A stretch of DNA of 64,000 nucleotides from an uncultured Nitrospinota bacterium. GTDB lineage: Bacteria > Tectomicrobia > Entotheonellia > J063 > CAVPRW01. Shown in pieces: positions 9,091 through 20,626 of the stretch. The translations under genes were made by a program, and so were the position numbers. Numbering within the stretch: the stretch's first letter is position 1; every line of letters starts with the position of its first letter. Location: positions 224,001 to 288,000 of the forward strand of contig CAVPRW010000017.1 in NCBI GenBank assembly GCA_963707985.1. The letters are read 5' to 3'. The notes below the pieces were generated by a model. The model was given only the letters and a program-made list of their open reading frames with translations. It made no database searches and was not told the DNA's origin.

Positions 9091-10212
9091 TCAGCGCTGA
9101 CCCTGATGCCGCGTGAGCGTTTCGTCGAATACCGCTCGATACGCGGGAATGATCACCTGCCAGTCATAGCCTCTGGCCAGCGCTGACGACACCAGTCCCA
9201 TCGTCACCCGCAGGGCCGAATCCTTGAGCAAGGTCAGCATACGTGTCGCCAGACCCGCAGGATCATCCGGTGGGACCAGAAACCCATTCTCGCCCTCATG
9301 GACAACCTCTGGATTGCCACCCACGGCAGTCGCCACGATCGGTCGACCGGCCGCCAGTGCTTCCAGATTGACAGTGGCGAATGGTTCTCGACGCGAGGGA
9401 CAGACGAAAAACCGGCAATGCTGATAAAGGTGTATCTTGACAAGCCCGTTGACAATGCCGACAAAATGGACTCGGCTCTGGAGGTTTTCCTCGCTCACCA
9501 GAGTGGTATAGGTGGACCACTCCCTCCCCGCCCCAGCTAGCACCAGGTGAATGGCGGGGTCCTCGGCGGCCACCGATGCGAAGGCTCGCAGCAGCACATC
9601 GAAACCTTTTTTGTGGCTGAAACTACCCATCGCCAAGATGTAGGGATACGGCAATGGTGGCTCATCTCCCACTGCTTGAAAATCGGCAACATGCACGCCG
9701 TTCGGGATGAGGCGGATGTCGGTATCCGGGACCCCCAGAGATAGTATTTCGCTCCTGAGAAACTGGCTCTGGGCGATGATCAGGTCTGCTGCCGCCAGCG
9801 CCTGCCTCAGCCTTCGTTCCAGTTTGGCATTGGCGCGGATGAATTCACCGGGTAGGATATCCGAGCCATGTGGACGTACCACCATTGGGATGTTCAATAG
9901 ACGCTTGAACGTTGCGCCAACATAAGCCGGCGGGTAGGCTCCATGGCAATACAGCACATCAAAGGGCTGTCGCCAGTATTCATACAGAAGATACAGGAGG
10001 ATTTGGCGTACCCCAAAGCGTTTTGAAGAAGGGCGTTGATAACGTCGTAGGCGGTACGGTGCCTCAACCCGATTGTTGACACGACGAACCCAGGGGGCCA
10101 GGACGGTTATCGAATGTCCCTGGGACGTGAGCGCAGACGCCAATGTATGCAAAACCAGCTCAGCGCCGCCGATGGTCGGGAGAAACGTGGCCGTATACAG
10201 ACATAGGTTCAT
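9091..10212 (-). CDS. GT4 glycosyltransferase
   Basis: PTIGGAE, IPNGV, KKGFDVLL, EPFATVNLEALAAG. Confidence 0.9.
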   Translation of the reverse strand: MNLCLYTATFLPTIGGAELVLHTLASALTSQGHSITVLAPWVRRVNNRVEAPYRLRRYQRPSSKRFGVRQILLYLLYEYWRQPFDVLYCHGAYPPAYVGATFKRLLNIPMVVRPHGSDILPGEFIRANAKLERRLRQALAAADLIIAQSQFLRSEILSLGVPDTDIRLIPNGVHVADFQAVGDEPPLPYPYILAMGSFSHKKGFDVLLRAFASVAAEDPAIHLVLAGAGREWSTYTTLVSEENLQSRVHFVGIVNGLVKIHLYQHCRFFVCPSRREPFATVNLEALAAGRPIVATAVGGNPEVVHEGENGFLVPPDDPAGLATRMLTLLKDSALRVTMGLVSSALARGYDWQVIIPAYRAVFDETLTRHQGQR

Positions 10213-12125
10213 AGTCGGGAAAGGGCGGGGGGGCCATTTTATAAGCTTGTTGCTCGACCATCAGCCGATACCACTGCGCAAAGACCATGAGAGCCCATAA
10301 ACGATGCGCATGATTCCGTCGGCCGCTGACGTGGGCCTCAAACATGCGCCGGATGGCGGCAAGATCGAAAAACTCTTGGACACCTCGCGGCTCCACTACC
10401 AGAAGCTCCCGTGCCAGTGCCACTAACGGGCCTCGCAACCAGGTGCGGAGGGGGAGGCTGAACCCTTGCTTTGGACGGTCCAAGATAGCATCCGGGAGCA
10501 GACCGCGAAAGGCCTCACGCAGGACGATTTTTCGAGCACGTCCGTCGGTTTTCACTGCTGAGGGGAGCGCGGCACAAAATTCGATCACCCGATGATCGAG
10601 AAATGGGGAACGCGCCTCCAACGAGCACGCCATGCTGGCAATGTCCACTTTGACCAGCAGATCGCCGGGTAAATACCACTGGTAATCCAGCCACTGCATC
10701 AGGTCGACGGGATCATCCAGGTGTTCAAGGCCCGCGGAAACCAGCGCGGCCATCGGTGAGGTAGAGCCCGCGAGAGCCTGTCGCACCCACGGTTGGTATA
10801 GGTGAGCGCGACCATAGCCATCAAAGAACTCAGGGTAATAAATCGCCTCTGCATAAGGCAGAAGCGAGTGGGCTAGCCGCGTCAGCAGCCACGCGGTACG
10901 ACCACCCGAGTCGTTCTGGAGGGGTGCGAGCATTCGGCGCGCTAGGGTGTGTCGCAGCCCTCCGGGAAGATGTGCCCAGGCGCGCTGCCAGTGGCCGAAG
11001 CGATATTTGTCGTAGCCAGCGAATGCCTCATCCCCGCCATCGCCATTCAGCACCACCCGCACATGGCGGCTGGCCATCTGAGCCACGTAGAACGTCGGCA
11101 CCGCCGATTTATCCGCAAACGGTTCGTCGTACTGCCAGACAAGGCGTGGGAGGATCCCCGCGACGTCGGCGGAAACGACCATTTCATGATGATCGGTGGC
11201 GAATCGCTGGGCGACCTGTCGAGCATAGGGCAGCTCATTGTAGGCCTCTTCAGTGAACCCGAGGGAAAACGTCTGCACCGGCCGGTCCATGATCTGGGAC
11301 ATCAGCGCCACCACCGCACTGGAATCCACGCCACCGCTCAACAGCGCCCCCAACGGCACGTCGCTGGTCAGGCGCACGCGCGTGGCCTCTTCAAGCTGAG
11401 CGCGTATGGCCTCCGCCATCTCACCGTCCCGGATGCGGATCTTGCGCGCAAAATCCAGATGCCAATAAGGCTCGATCGTAACTTTCCCTTGCTCCCAGAC
11501 TAACAGGTGAGCTGGCGGAAGTTTCCGAATCGCCTCATAGATCGTCAGCGGATGCGGGATAAACTGAAAGGCAAGATAGGCATCCACGGCTGCGACGTCG
11601 ATCGCTGTCGGAACCTCAGAATCCTGCAAAATCGCCTTGATTTCCGAGGCAAACAACAAGCGGTCAGGCAGACACGCATAGAAAAGCGGCTTCTTCCCGA
11701 CCCGATCGCGCGCCAGTAGCAAACGCTGGCGGTCGCCATCCCAGAGCGCCAGGGCAAACATTCCCCGTAGGCGCTGCACCGCCTCAACGCCGTATTCTTC
11801 ATAGAGATGGACAACCACTTCCGTGTCCGTTCGTGTGGTAAAGCGGTGCCCCTTGGCTTCGAGTCCCGGACGCAGCTCCTGGAAATTATAGATCTCGCCG
11901 TTGAGGACGACTGCGACACGGCCAGACTCATTGAAGATCGGTTGATGCCCGGTGGTGAGGTCGATGATGCTGAGGCGACGGCTTCCCAGGCCCACAGGTC
12001 CCTGGAGGAGAAGTCCCTGATCGTCCGGACCTCGATGACGTAGGCTGGAGCACATGCCCTGCAAGGAGCGTTTGATCCGCCTGATGTGAGGGGTCATGAT
12101 GCACAAATCCGGCGATGCCGCACAT
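10160..12125 (-). CDS. asnB: Asparagine synthase (glutamine-hydrolysing)-type amidotransferase; frameshift near the 5' end
   Basis: MCGIAG N-terminus (12125) is in another frame; HRGPD, NGEIYN, LSGGVDSS, EARSPFLD. Confidence 0.88.
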
Positions 12126-12165
12126 ATCGGCCTCTACCAATCGATGTACACAGCAGTCGGCGAGC

Positions 12166-13352
12166 TCAACCGTCCCGTCTGGTCAAGAAGCGACGCTGAG
12201 CTGCATGAAGTTGATGATACAGTTGCAGCATTGCGTCAACCTGACGCTGACGCGAGAAGACGTGCTCGCTTTGCTGCCGCCCTCGCATCCCCATCTGGCG
12301 CGCTTGTTCCGGGGCCCGTAAGAGCCTGCTGATGGCATGGCCCAGCGCCGAGTGGTCCTGGGGCGTAATGAGCAGGCCGGTTTCGCCATCCAGGACGATA
12401 TCCTGCAGGGCACCTACCCGTGTGGCGACAACTGCCTTGCCGGCTGCCATGGCCTCGAGCACGGCTCGGCACGAACCCTCTGAACCAGGTGCCAGTAGCA
12501 CGAAGACATCCATAGCAGCCAGGACCTCTGGAAGATCGTTCTCGCGATAGCCCCCGAAGACCACCGCATCGGCTAGGCCTAACTCACGGATTCGTCGTTC
12601 GATGTTGGGTCGGAACTCGCCTTTCCCGACGATCAAGAGGCGGGCAACAGGAATGGCCGTGTGCACTTGGGCAAAGGCTTCGACTAACGTGAGGTGGCCG
12701 CGGGAGGGAGCGAGGCGAGCAACGATACCGACCAGGGGGGTTGCCGCGCTCATCCCGAGCTCTTGACGGATGTGAGCGCCTGATAGCCCCGGATGAAAGC
12801 GTTGACTGTCGACAGCCCCGGCGATGGCAGAGATTCGTGCGCAAGATATGCTGAGCTTTGTCAGCCAAGTCTCTTTGAAGGGTCGAGCTTACGGTGATGA
12901 GGTGCGAAGCACCGTGTCGTAGCAGCCAGCGATTGCTCAACGAGCGCGGCGGACGCAGTGTGTGCACGGTACGCACTTGTAGGGGCACACGTCCTCTGCT
13001 GAGGATTCAACAGCGTCACGGCAGACAACGCCAGCCAATGGTCGTGCGACAGATGCGTGTGGAGGACATCGATGGGCGTACGGCGCAGGAACGCGCTCAA
13101 CGTCCGGACATCCTGCAGCCATGACGAGGGGCGAAAACGGGGATCGAGCCGGAGTCCTTCAAGTACGGGGATACCGGCCTTGCGAGCCAGTTCTTCGACG
13201 TGACTACCGGCGGGGACACCAAGGACCACCTGCTGCTGACGTTCGAGCAGCCCCTGCGTCAATGCCAGCACCGGTTCCGCCGTCCCGGTCCACCAGCGGT
13301 TGCTCAATAGATGGAGAATTGACAATGGCCGTATCGGCTCACTCGACCTCAC
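12166..13352 (-). CDS. GT4 glycosyltransferase, split by several frameshifts
   Basis: ORF 12861..13352 (HTHLSHDHW) and ORF 12166..12753 (VARLAPSRGH, EGSCRAVLEAMAAG), joined through fragment 12584..12988. Confidence 0.75.
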
Positions 13353-14142
13353 TTGCTCCTCTCATCCCCCGCCCGGTGCCTGCTGGCCATCTCCCAGAGC
13401 TTCACTTCTCGGACGAAGACACTATAGGCGTAACTCACCGCCATGATCAGACCTGGGAGGCCGTCGCGAAAGCCCTGTTTGAGCCCATAGTTGCGCAGCA
13501 AACGCCCCAGAGGGCGCATGACCAATGCGGTGCGACGAAACGGCTGACCTTGGTCCCATAAGTCAAGCGCGGCCAGCGTCAGTATAACGATCGAGGCGTT
13601 GGATGACATCGCTGATCCCCTGGTAACTGTGATGTTCGAGGGCATACCGCAAGCGCTCGACCGGTCCATCGAATCGCCACCGATTCGTGCACCCGCCGTG
13701 TCTTGAACTCTCCCTTGCCGCGCTTGAACAGGCGGATCTGATAATCGGGATACAGACCCCCATAGCGCAACCAGTACCCCCACAGATAGTTGCGTCGGGG
13801 CACGGCATAGCCATTGGCACGTGTGTCCAGCGGCTGTTGCTGCAGGATCGCGATCTCCTGACGCAACCCTTCGCTCACCCGTTCATCGGCATCCAGGCTG
13901 AGAATCCAGTCGCCAGTGGCGAGAGCTAGCGCCGTGTTCTTCGCCGGCGCATAGCCCTCCCAGGGACGGCTATACACGTGCGTCGTATATTTCGCGCAGA
14001 TCTCGAGCGTACGGTCAACGCTGCCCGTGTCCAGGACGATGATTTCATCCGCCCAGCGTACCGACTCCAAGCAGTCGCCGATCTGGGCTTCCTCGTCACG
14101 CGTGATGATCGTCACCGACAGCTTAGACGTGGGTAGGGTCAT
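13349..14142 (-). CDS. GT2 glycosyltransferase (KdtX/WaaE-like LPS core), frameshifted
   Basis: LSVTIITRDEE, DTGSVD, WILSLDADE, RVHES; C-terminal GFRDGLPGLI in another frame. Confidence 0.8.
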
Positions 14143-14314
14143 CCAACCTGACCGCCTCATCGATGAGCATTACCGGAATGTTGTCACGGATCTCATATAG
14201 TAACCGACAGGCTTCACAGACCAGCCCGTTGCCATCTTTCGCCAAGCGAATGTCACCTTTACACTTAGGGCATGCCAAAATAGCTAAGAGCTCTTTATCG
14301 ATGGGCACGATCAT
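14123..14314 (-). CDS. Trm112/YcaR family zinc-binding protein
   Basis: LLAILACPKCKG...YEIRDNIPVMLIDEA. Confidence 0.9.
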   Translation of the reverse strand: MIVPIDKELLAILACPKCKGDIRLAKDGNGLVCEACRLLYEIRDNIPVMLIDEAVRLDDPTHV

Positions 14315-14378
14315 GTCTCCTTCTCATCCTGAAGACCTCACACAGCCGTGTGCTCGAGGTCTGTGGTCGTCACTGACC

Positions 14379-15338
14379 CTAACGGTTTTTCGCGTGATGA
14401 TACAGATGGCAAACCCATTGCCATTCGGCTGCCAGCCCTTCACGTAAATCTACCTTCGGCTGATAGCCCAGGTGTTGCCTGGCCAGGGTTACATCCGCCA
14501 GTGTCTGACGCACATCGCCCTTCGCCACCGGGTGGATCTCCAGTTTCGCACGTTTTCCCGACACCTCTTCACAGACCCCGATGGCCTCGTTCAGCGTCAC
14601 GGTCGCGCCGCCGCCGATATTCAAGGCTCCACCGACCACGGTCGCTTGGGACGCCAAAATATTGGCTTCCACGATATCGTCGATGAAGGTAAAGTCACGG
14701 GTCTGTTCCCCATCGCCATAGATCGGGATCGGCCGATCGTCCAGTAACAAATGGAAAAAGTGGTGAAACGCCATATCCGGCCGCTGGCGCGGGCCATAGA
14801 CTGTAAAATAGCGCAACGAAATGGTAGGAACGCCGTAGTTCTTCCAATACAGATAGCACAAATGTTCGGCTGACAGTTTGGACACGCCGTAGGGCGAGAG
14901 CGGTTTCGGGAGGGCATCTTCTCGCATCGGCAGGGTCGTGACATCCCCGTAGACCGAGGAGGATGAGGCATAGACGAACTTGCGCAGTGCGCGAGGTTTG
15001 GCGGCTTCGAGGAGCTGCTGGGTGCCGAGGATATTCAGCGATGTGTAGTCGGCGAACTCTTTCCCCCAGCTCGCCCGGACGCCGGCCTGGGCGGCCTGAT
15101 GAAAGATACATTCGATCCCCTGCGCCAGGATGTCCGGCAGGTCGACGTCCAGGAGGTTGGCCTCGATGAAATGGAACTGAGGATGGGAGCGCAGCCCCTC
15201 CAGGTTCTTTTCCTTGATCCACCGGGGATAGTATGGCACGAAGCAGTCGATCCCAATGACCTCATGGCGCTCGCGCAACAACCGCTCGGCTAGGTGTGAT
15301 CCGACAAAGCCAGCGGCTCCGGTGACAAGACACTTCAT
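14379..15338 (-). CDS. NAD-dependent nucleotide-sugar epimerase (UDP-glucuronate 4-epimerase-like)
   Basis: VTGAAGFVG, QAGVRAS, SSSSVYG, YGVSK, VYGPRQRPDMA. Confidence 0.9.
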   Translation of the reverse strand: MKCLVTGAAGFVGSHLAERLLRERHEVIGIDCFVPYYPRWIKEKNLEGLRSHPQFHFIEANLLDVDLPDILAQGIECIFHQAAQAGVRASWGKEFADYTSLNILGTQQLLEAAKPRALRKFVYASSSSVYGDVTTLPMREDALPKPLSPYGVSKLSAEHLCYLYWKNYGVPTISLRYFTVYGPRQRPDMAFHHFFHLLLDDRPIPIYGDGEQTRDFTFIDDIVEANILASQATVVGGALNIGGGATVTLNEAIGVCEEVSGKRAKLEIHPVAKGDVRQTLADVTLARQHLGYQPKVDLREGLAAEWQWVCHLYHHAKNR

Positions 15339-16429
15339 ACAAGTCCTTTCTCAACCAAGACAGCCGTATACACGGCTGCCGTCCGGTCGATCGTATGCTC
15401 CAACCCATAGTGGGTGTCAATCAAATGCCCACCGGCCTGCGCCCAGGCAGCCGCCGACTGGGGATGGCACAGCACCCGCACGACCGCATCGGCGAGGGCT
15501 TGTGGATCGTTGGGGGGCACAAGCACGCCTGTACGCTGGTGTTGTATCACCTCTGGGATACCCCCAACGGCACTCGCGACTACCGGCTTCCGCATCGCCA
15601 GAGCCTGCATAACGACCTGTGGCACACCATCGGACCTGATCGACGGCAAGACAACCACATCCATGGCGGCCATGCAGGCCGGGATGTCCTCCCGAAAGCC
15701 GACCATATGTACCTTGGCCTGGACACCCGCCTCGGCGACTTCCTGTTGCAGGGTCACACGTCCCACACCGTCACCAACCCATAAAAACACCGCCCTGGGC
15801 TCGTGCCTAAGGATCTCGGGCAGTGCCCGTAAGAGCACCCGGTGTCCCTTGGCATGTCGAAACATCGCCACCGTCCCGATGACCGGCCCGTCGAGGCCAA
15901 ACTCTCGCCGCACTGCAGTCCCCGAGACGGCTGGATGAAACTGTGCTGTATCCACCCCTGCCGGTATGGCGACGATCTTGTCGGCGTCGACGCCGGCCGT
16001 GACGAGGACTTCCCGAATGGCATCTCCACTGGAGATGATGCGATCACAGAGGGCATTATACACAAAATTCCGACGGCGTTTCACTGGGATGGACACATGG
16101 CGACTGCGCACCACTGGCAAACGTAAGGATTTCGCGGCAAACCCGGCGAGCCAGGCATCGACTGAGCTGTGCGTATGGACCAGGTCGACCGCCTCGGTTC
16201 GCATCAACCGGTGAAAATGCCAGCACGCCCGCACATCAAGAGCCCCACGCATGGTTATAAGCCGCACGGGCAGCCCGCGACGTTGGGCTTCACGGCTCAG
16301 GGGAGTATCAGGCTGACAGGCGATCAGGACGCGAAAGCCGCGCTTGGCAAAGATAGATGCTTCGCTAAGGAGGCGGATTTCCTGTCCACCCCAGCCGGGG
16401 GAGGCTTCGGTATGCAAAATCGTCAACAT
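15335..16429 (-). CDS. GT4 glycosyltransferase
   Basis: WGGQEIR, HTHSSVDAW, DGVPQVVMQALAM. Confidence 0.9.
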   Translation of the reverse strand: MLTILHTEASPGWGGQEIRLLSEASIFAKRGFRVLIACQPDTPLSREAQRRGLPVRLITMRGALDVRACWHFHRLMRTEAVDLVHTHSSVDAWLAGFAAKSLRLPVVRSRHVSIPVKRRRNFVYNALCDRIISSGDAIREVLVTAGVDADKIVAIPAGVDTAQFHPAVSGTAVRREFGLDGPVIGTVAMFRHAKGHRVLLRALPEILRHEPRAVFLWVGDGVGRVTLQQEVAEAGVQAKVHMVGFREDIPACMAAMDVVVLPSIRSDGVPQVVMQALAMRKPVVASAVGGIPEVIQHQRTGVLVPPNDPQALADAVVRVLCHPQSAAAWAQAGGHLIDTHYGLEHTIDRTAAVYTAVLVEKGLV

Positions 16430-16430
16430 G

Positions 16431-17969
16431 TCAATATCGGACCTGAGGGGGGCGCGGTGGCACGCCTGAGAATCCCCAACATGGAAAGAGATAGAATCGT
16501 TTTAACTCGAATCCCAGTGCCTCGATGATCACCGGCTTGCCTCCATCGCAGCGTTGAAATGTGGCCCGTAAAGCCTGAGGCAGTTCAGCATTTTCCGGTT
16601 GAACGTAGATGGCATCATGCCCCGCAAGCGACGGCAAGCCATCCCACAGATCGTACTGATTCATCCGCCGCCCCAGGTTGACATTAAATGCTTGTGGTTG
16701 TCCCCGAACATAAAACGCCAGCTCACTGCTGATCTGGTAGCGATCGCTGAGCAAGAACGGTGGCTTGGGCATTTGCCCCGCGAGTGTCTCGACCGCCTTG
16801 GCCAGCGTCTGCCAACCCTTAAGACGTGCCAGGGGATCGGCGCTGGGCTGCAATCCCAGCCGGACGAACAGGGCGGGGTCGTGCAACGCCGCAGTCATTC
16901 CCAAAGCCAGCAGAATCACCAGGCCTGCCCCCGCTAGCTCCAGATGCTTCCACAACCCTGCCGGCATCGCCTGCCATCGGTACCAGACATATGCTATGGC
17001 CGCGATAAAGGAGGTGATATAAGCCGGCGCTGCCCAGTTGGCCTGCACCTTCTGGCGCAGACTAAGCACCAACATAAGGCTGAACGTCGGCGCCCATCCC
17101 CAAAACAAGAAGAGCCAGCGGTCATCTCGCTGACGTAGCCCTTCCCACAGGCATAGGACCATGGCGATCAGCATCCAGCCGAAGAACAGCGGGGACAGTG
17201 CCAAAGCTTGAGAGCCCAGAAACTCCCCAAACGTGTCAAGGGAGAGCTGCAGGGATAGCCCCTGATGCACGTCTGCCTGGCCCATCACATGTTTCAACGA
17301 CACCGCGCCGTGGTACAGATTCCAGATGATCACCGGGCTAAACCCTGCTAGCCCAATGGCCAGCATCACATAAGGCTCCTTGCGGCGCAGCCAGCTGCGA
17401 TAGCGCGGCGAGGTCACCAGAAAGAGCCACACGGTGAGGACTACATAGCCCATCGCATACTTGCTCAACAGACCACACGCCAGGGCAATCCCGGCAGCAT
17501 ACCAGTATGTCGTGCGCTCTTCCGACAGGGCACGATAGACCAACCACAGCATAAGGGTCCAAAAGAAGATCAATGGTGGGTCGATCGTCATCAGCAATGC
17601 ACCTGCGGCAAATAACGGAATGCACTGCAAGACCACGGCCGTGGCCAGCGCCAGTCTGGCATCGGAGAAGAGTGCCATGATGAGGCCGAACACGCACACT
17701 GTCGTCCCAGCAGAGAGGACGACGGCCGGAAGGCGCACGAAAAGCTCCGTCGGCCCGCCCAGAGTGGTCGACAGGGCAATCAGATACGCGACGAATGGAC
17801 CCTTGCTATAATAGCTCCAGTCCAGACGGCGCGACCATTCCCAGTAGTGGGCCTCATCGGGTGAGAGCTCCAGATACCCTTGGTGCACATACCACAGTCG
17901 GGCTGCCGTCACCACTACCAAGAAACCGCCCAGGCTCAAATACGCCCAGCGATCAGACTTCCATCCCAT
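16431..17969 (-). CDS. ArnT/GT83 (PMT-like, GT-C) lipid-linked sugar transferase
   Basis: LSPDEAHYWEWS..LDWSYYSKGP, LSKY, PVIIWN; many TM helices. Confidence 0.85.
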   Translation of the reverse strand: MGWKSDRWAYLSLGGFLVVVTAARLWYVHQGYLELSPDEAHYWEWSRRLDWSYYSKGPFVAYLIALSTTLGGPTELFVRLPAVVLSAGTTVCVFGLIMALFSDARLALATAVVLQCIPLFAAGALLMTIDPPLIFFWTLMLWLVYRALSEERTTYWYAAGIALACGLLSKYAMGYVVLTVWLFLVTSPRYRSWLRRKEPYVMLAIGLAGFSPVIIWNLYHGAVSLKHVMGQADVHQGLSLQLSLDTFGEFLGSQALALSPLFFGWMLIAMVLCLWEGLRQRDDRWLFLFWGWAPTFSLMLVLSLRQKVQANWAAPAYITSFIAAIAYVWYRWQAMPAGLWKHLELAGAGLVILLALGMTAALHDPALFVRLGLQPSADPLARLKGWQTLAKAVETLAGQMPKPPFLLSDRYQISSELAFYVRGQPQAFNVNLGRRMNQYDLWDGLPSLAGHDAIYVQPENAELPQALRATFQRCDGGKPVIIEALGFELKRFYLFPCWGFSGVPPRPPQVRY

Positions 17970-19266
17970 GCACTCGTGCCTTTCGATCTGCCCCCATCAC
18001 CACATACGGGAGCGCCATGAGAAAATAGACCAGCATAATGACCTCTGAGTCCCCGAAGGTAAACTCGAACAAGCCCGCGACATGAAAGCCGGTGACGCTC
18101 GCCAGGCTGCCGACGACCAGCGCCGAGGCTCGAAAGGTCCCAGGTTCCAGAGCGCGGAAAATCCTCCAGGCCTGATGATAAAAAGCCACCCAGATCCACA
18201 GCCAGCAGACGACTCCGATAAGGCCTCGTTCAGCGGCTATCTGAAAGAGATTGCTGTGCAAATGCGCGCGTTGATCGCGCACGGCGTCCGGATGTTTATA
18301 CGCCTGATAGACACCTTTGACCCCATTGATTCCCACGCCTGTCCAAGGGTGATCCCGGACGATCTGGATCCCGCTGCCCCACATGTACAGGCGCTCCCTA
18401 GCGGTCACATCCTGGGGGTCGCCGATGCTGCGAATACGCGCGCGGACAGCTTCGGGCGCTGCCAGAAAAATCGCCACGGCTACCACCGGGAGGGCCAGGA
18501 GAAGACGCTTTTGGCGACAGCCCAAGATGAGAGCTCCCCCTGCAGCGAATCCCATCCAGGCGCCGCGGGTGTGCGTCATCACCAGTGTGGCGATTAATAA
18601 CGGCAACGAGCCGACCAGCCCCCAGAACCACCGTCCTCGGGGGAGGAACAGGATCTGGGCGGTGGCCATGAGCGCGCTCAGCATCAGGATGCCGGCAAAT
18701 GTCATATAAATGCTCATCGTCCCATGCACGCGGAAGGTCGCACCTCCGACGATGGATTGCGTCAGGCCATAGACCGCCATCAGGGTCGCTGCGGCAATCA
18801 GGATAGAACTGAAAGTGGTAGCGCGCTCATCACTGCTGACCTGATTTACCAGCAAGAAAAAAAATGCTGGCTCGAAGACATTGCGGAGCTCTTTGAGGCT
18901 CAGCCATGGATCCGTGGCCGTCGCCGAGGCAAGGATGGATGCCAGGTAAAATGCTGCCATAGGCAAGAGCAGCGGCAAGTACAGCACCCGGCTGTTTGGT
19001 GTACGCACCAATTTGACAAGCCAGGCGGCCTGCGCCACCAAGATGGCGGCCTGCGCCCCGGTGATGGACACCACCGAACAGAGGAGAAATCCTACGATGG
19101 CCCCATCGATGATGCGATCCAAGACCTGTGCCGACCAGCGCCACGTGCCGATTCCCGGCTGAAGGCAGCGCATCAGCGCCACGTGGGACAATTTCGGTCT
19201 GAGCGATTCTGCCATCGTGATGGTTCCAGGACCTCGACCGACGGTTGTGCCATGGGCCTCTATCAA
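17953..19266 (-). CDS. waaL: O-antigen ligase family protein
   Basis: THTRGAW, ERLYMW, HPWTGVG, HLHSNLFQIAAERG. Confidence 0.8.
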   Translation of the reverse strand: MIEAHGTTVGRGPGTITMAESLRPKLSHVALMRCLQPGIGTWRWSAQVLDRIIDGAIVGFLLCSVVSITGAQAAILVAQAAWLVKLVRTPNSRVLYLPLLLPMAAFYLASILASATATDPWLSLKELRNVFEPAFFFLLVNQVSSDERATTFSSILIAAATLMAVYGLTQSIVGGATFRVHGTMSIYMTFAGILMLSALMATAQILFLPRGRWFWGLVGSLPLLIATLVMTHTRGAWMGFAAGGALILGCRQKRLLLALPVVAVAIFLAAPEAVRARIRSIGDPQDVTARERLYMWGSGIQIVRDHPWTGVGINGVKGVYQAYKHPDAVRDQRAHLHSNLFQIAAERGLIGVVCWLWIWVAFYHQAWRIFRALEPGTFRASALVVGSLASVTGFHVAGLFEFTFGDSEVIMLVYFLMALPYVVMGADRKARVHGMEV

Positions 19267-19853
19267 TCCCTCATCTTAAGGGGGAACATGCGACGGCGTT
19301 TGGCGGTCTCGGTGGCGAGGGGCCATAGGACGTTCATGGCCCCAGAGAACGCCACGGCGACGGCGATGCCCAAGAGGCTGCCGGCCAGGACATCGAGTGG
19401 ATAATGGACGCCGACGTAGACGCGGGAATACCCGACCAGGAAGGCCAATGCCACCGCCGGTAACGATAACCGCGGCATGTAGAGGGTGGCAAGAGTTGCG
19501 AGGACGCTGGCATTGACAGCATGATTGGAGGGAAATGAGGGATGATTCGTGCAGCCCACCAGCAGCCGAACATCCGCCAGCGCGATGCATGGGCGTGCCC
19601 GCCCGAACTTATATTTGAAGATATGGGTGCCGATCGCATCTGCGACCACGACGCTGACCACCGCCAGCACCAGGAAGCGTAGTCCACGCACGCGCCCCAG
19701 CAGGACGATGATGACGGCTGCGACGGCAAATGGCAGCACAAAATTTCCAGCATCGGTCACAAATGGCAACAAACGATCGAGGATCGGATTGAACCAATGC
19801 CCATTGAGCAGGCGAAAAGTACGTTCATCCCACTGCAGGGAAGCCTCTAACAT
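19263..19853 (-). CDS. PAP2 family phosphatase (undecaprenyl-PP or lipid A phosphatase)
   Basis: KxxxxRARP, SFPSNH, SRVYVGVHYPLD. Confidence 0.9.
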   Translation of the reverse strand: MLEASLQWDERTFRLLNGHWFNPILDRLLPFVTDAGNFVLPFAVAAVIIVLLGRVRGLRFLVLAVVSVVVADAIGTHIFKYKFGRARPCIALADVRLLVGCTNHPSFPSNHAVNASVLATLATLYMPRLSLPAVALAFLVGYSRVYVGVHYPLDVLAGSLLGIAVAVAFSGAMNVLWPLATETAKRRRMFPLKMRD

Positions 19854-20626
19854 TGTCCAACCCTTGCCCCAGCGGCCGTGGACTCGGGCGCAATGATTTC
19901 GTAGCGGAGTTGACGACTCTGCATCCAGCGCACCGCCAACAGGTCTAGTAAGGCCCGCCAGGCACGATTGCGCGTGTTATATTTCGACTGCCCATACTGG
20001 CGAGGATGATGACGTACCGGAACCTGGCCGATGTGAAAGCCCTCGATCTGTAACAACACCGGGAGGAATCGATGCATGCCGTTGTACAGCTTAATGGACG
20101 CCAGACAATGCCGTCGATAAGCCCGCAGCGAACACCCGACATCGATGATGTCATCGCGCAACACGCGGCGGCGGAGGCCATTGGCAAACGTCGAGGACAT
20201 CCGCCGCACCCAGGTATCTTGCCGACCCTGCCGAATGCCACAGACGACATCGTAATCTTTGAGCATCTCGAGCACACGTGGGATATCACGAGGATCATTC
20301 TGCAGGTCGGCATCCAGCGTGATCACGACGCGCCCGCGGGCCTGCTTGAAGCCGGCATTCAGTGCGGCACTCTGTCCAGCGTTGTGCCGAAAGCGGATGG
20401 CACGCACCTCCAGCTGCGTTGCCTCGAGCTGGCGCAATACCTGTGGCGTCTGATCCCTGCTGCCGTCATCCACAAAGAGAAGCTCGTAGGCTATGTCATG
20501 CGCCGCAAGCGTCTCGCGAATCGCCGCGGCAAGCGGCATGAGACTCTCTGCCTCGTTATAGGCGGGGATGACTAGGGAGAGTTCTGGGGGGGGTGAGGGA
20601 TGTGCGACCGTTGCGTCCCAATCCAT
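19847..20626 (-). CDS. GT2 polyprenol-phosphate glycosyltransferase (ArnC/DPM-like)
   Basis: VIPAYNE, VDDGS, DADLQNDP, GMHRFLP. Confidence 0.85.
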   Translation of the reverse strand: MDWDATVAHPSPPPELSLVIPAYNEAESLMPLAAAIRETLAAHDIAYELLFVDDGSRDQTPQVLRQLEATQLEVRAIRFRHNAGQSAALNAGFKQARGRVVITLDADLQNDPRDIPRVLEMLKDYDVVCGIRQGRQDTWVRRMSSTFANGLRRRVLRDDIIDVGCSLRAYRRHCLASIKLYNGMHRFLPVLLQIEGFHIGQVPVRHHPRQYGQSKYNTRNRAWRALLDLLAVRWMQSRQLRYEIIAPESTAAGARVGQC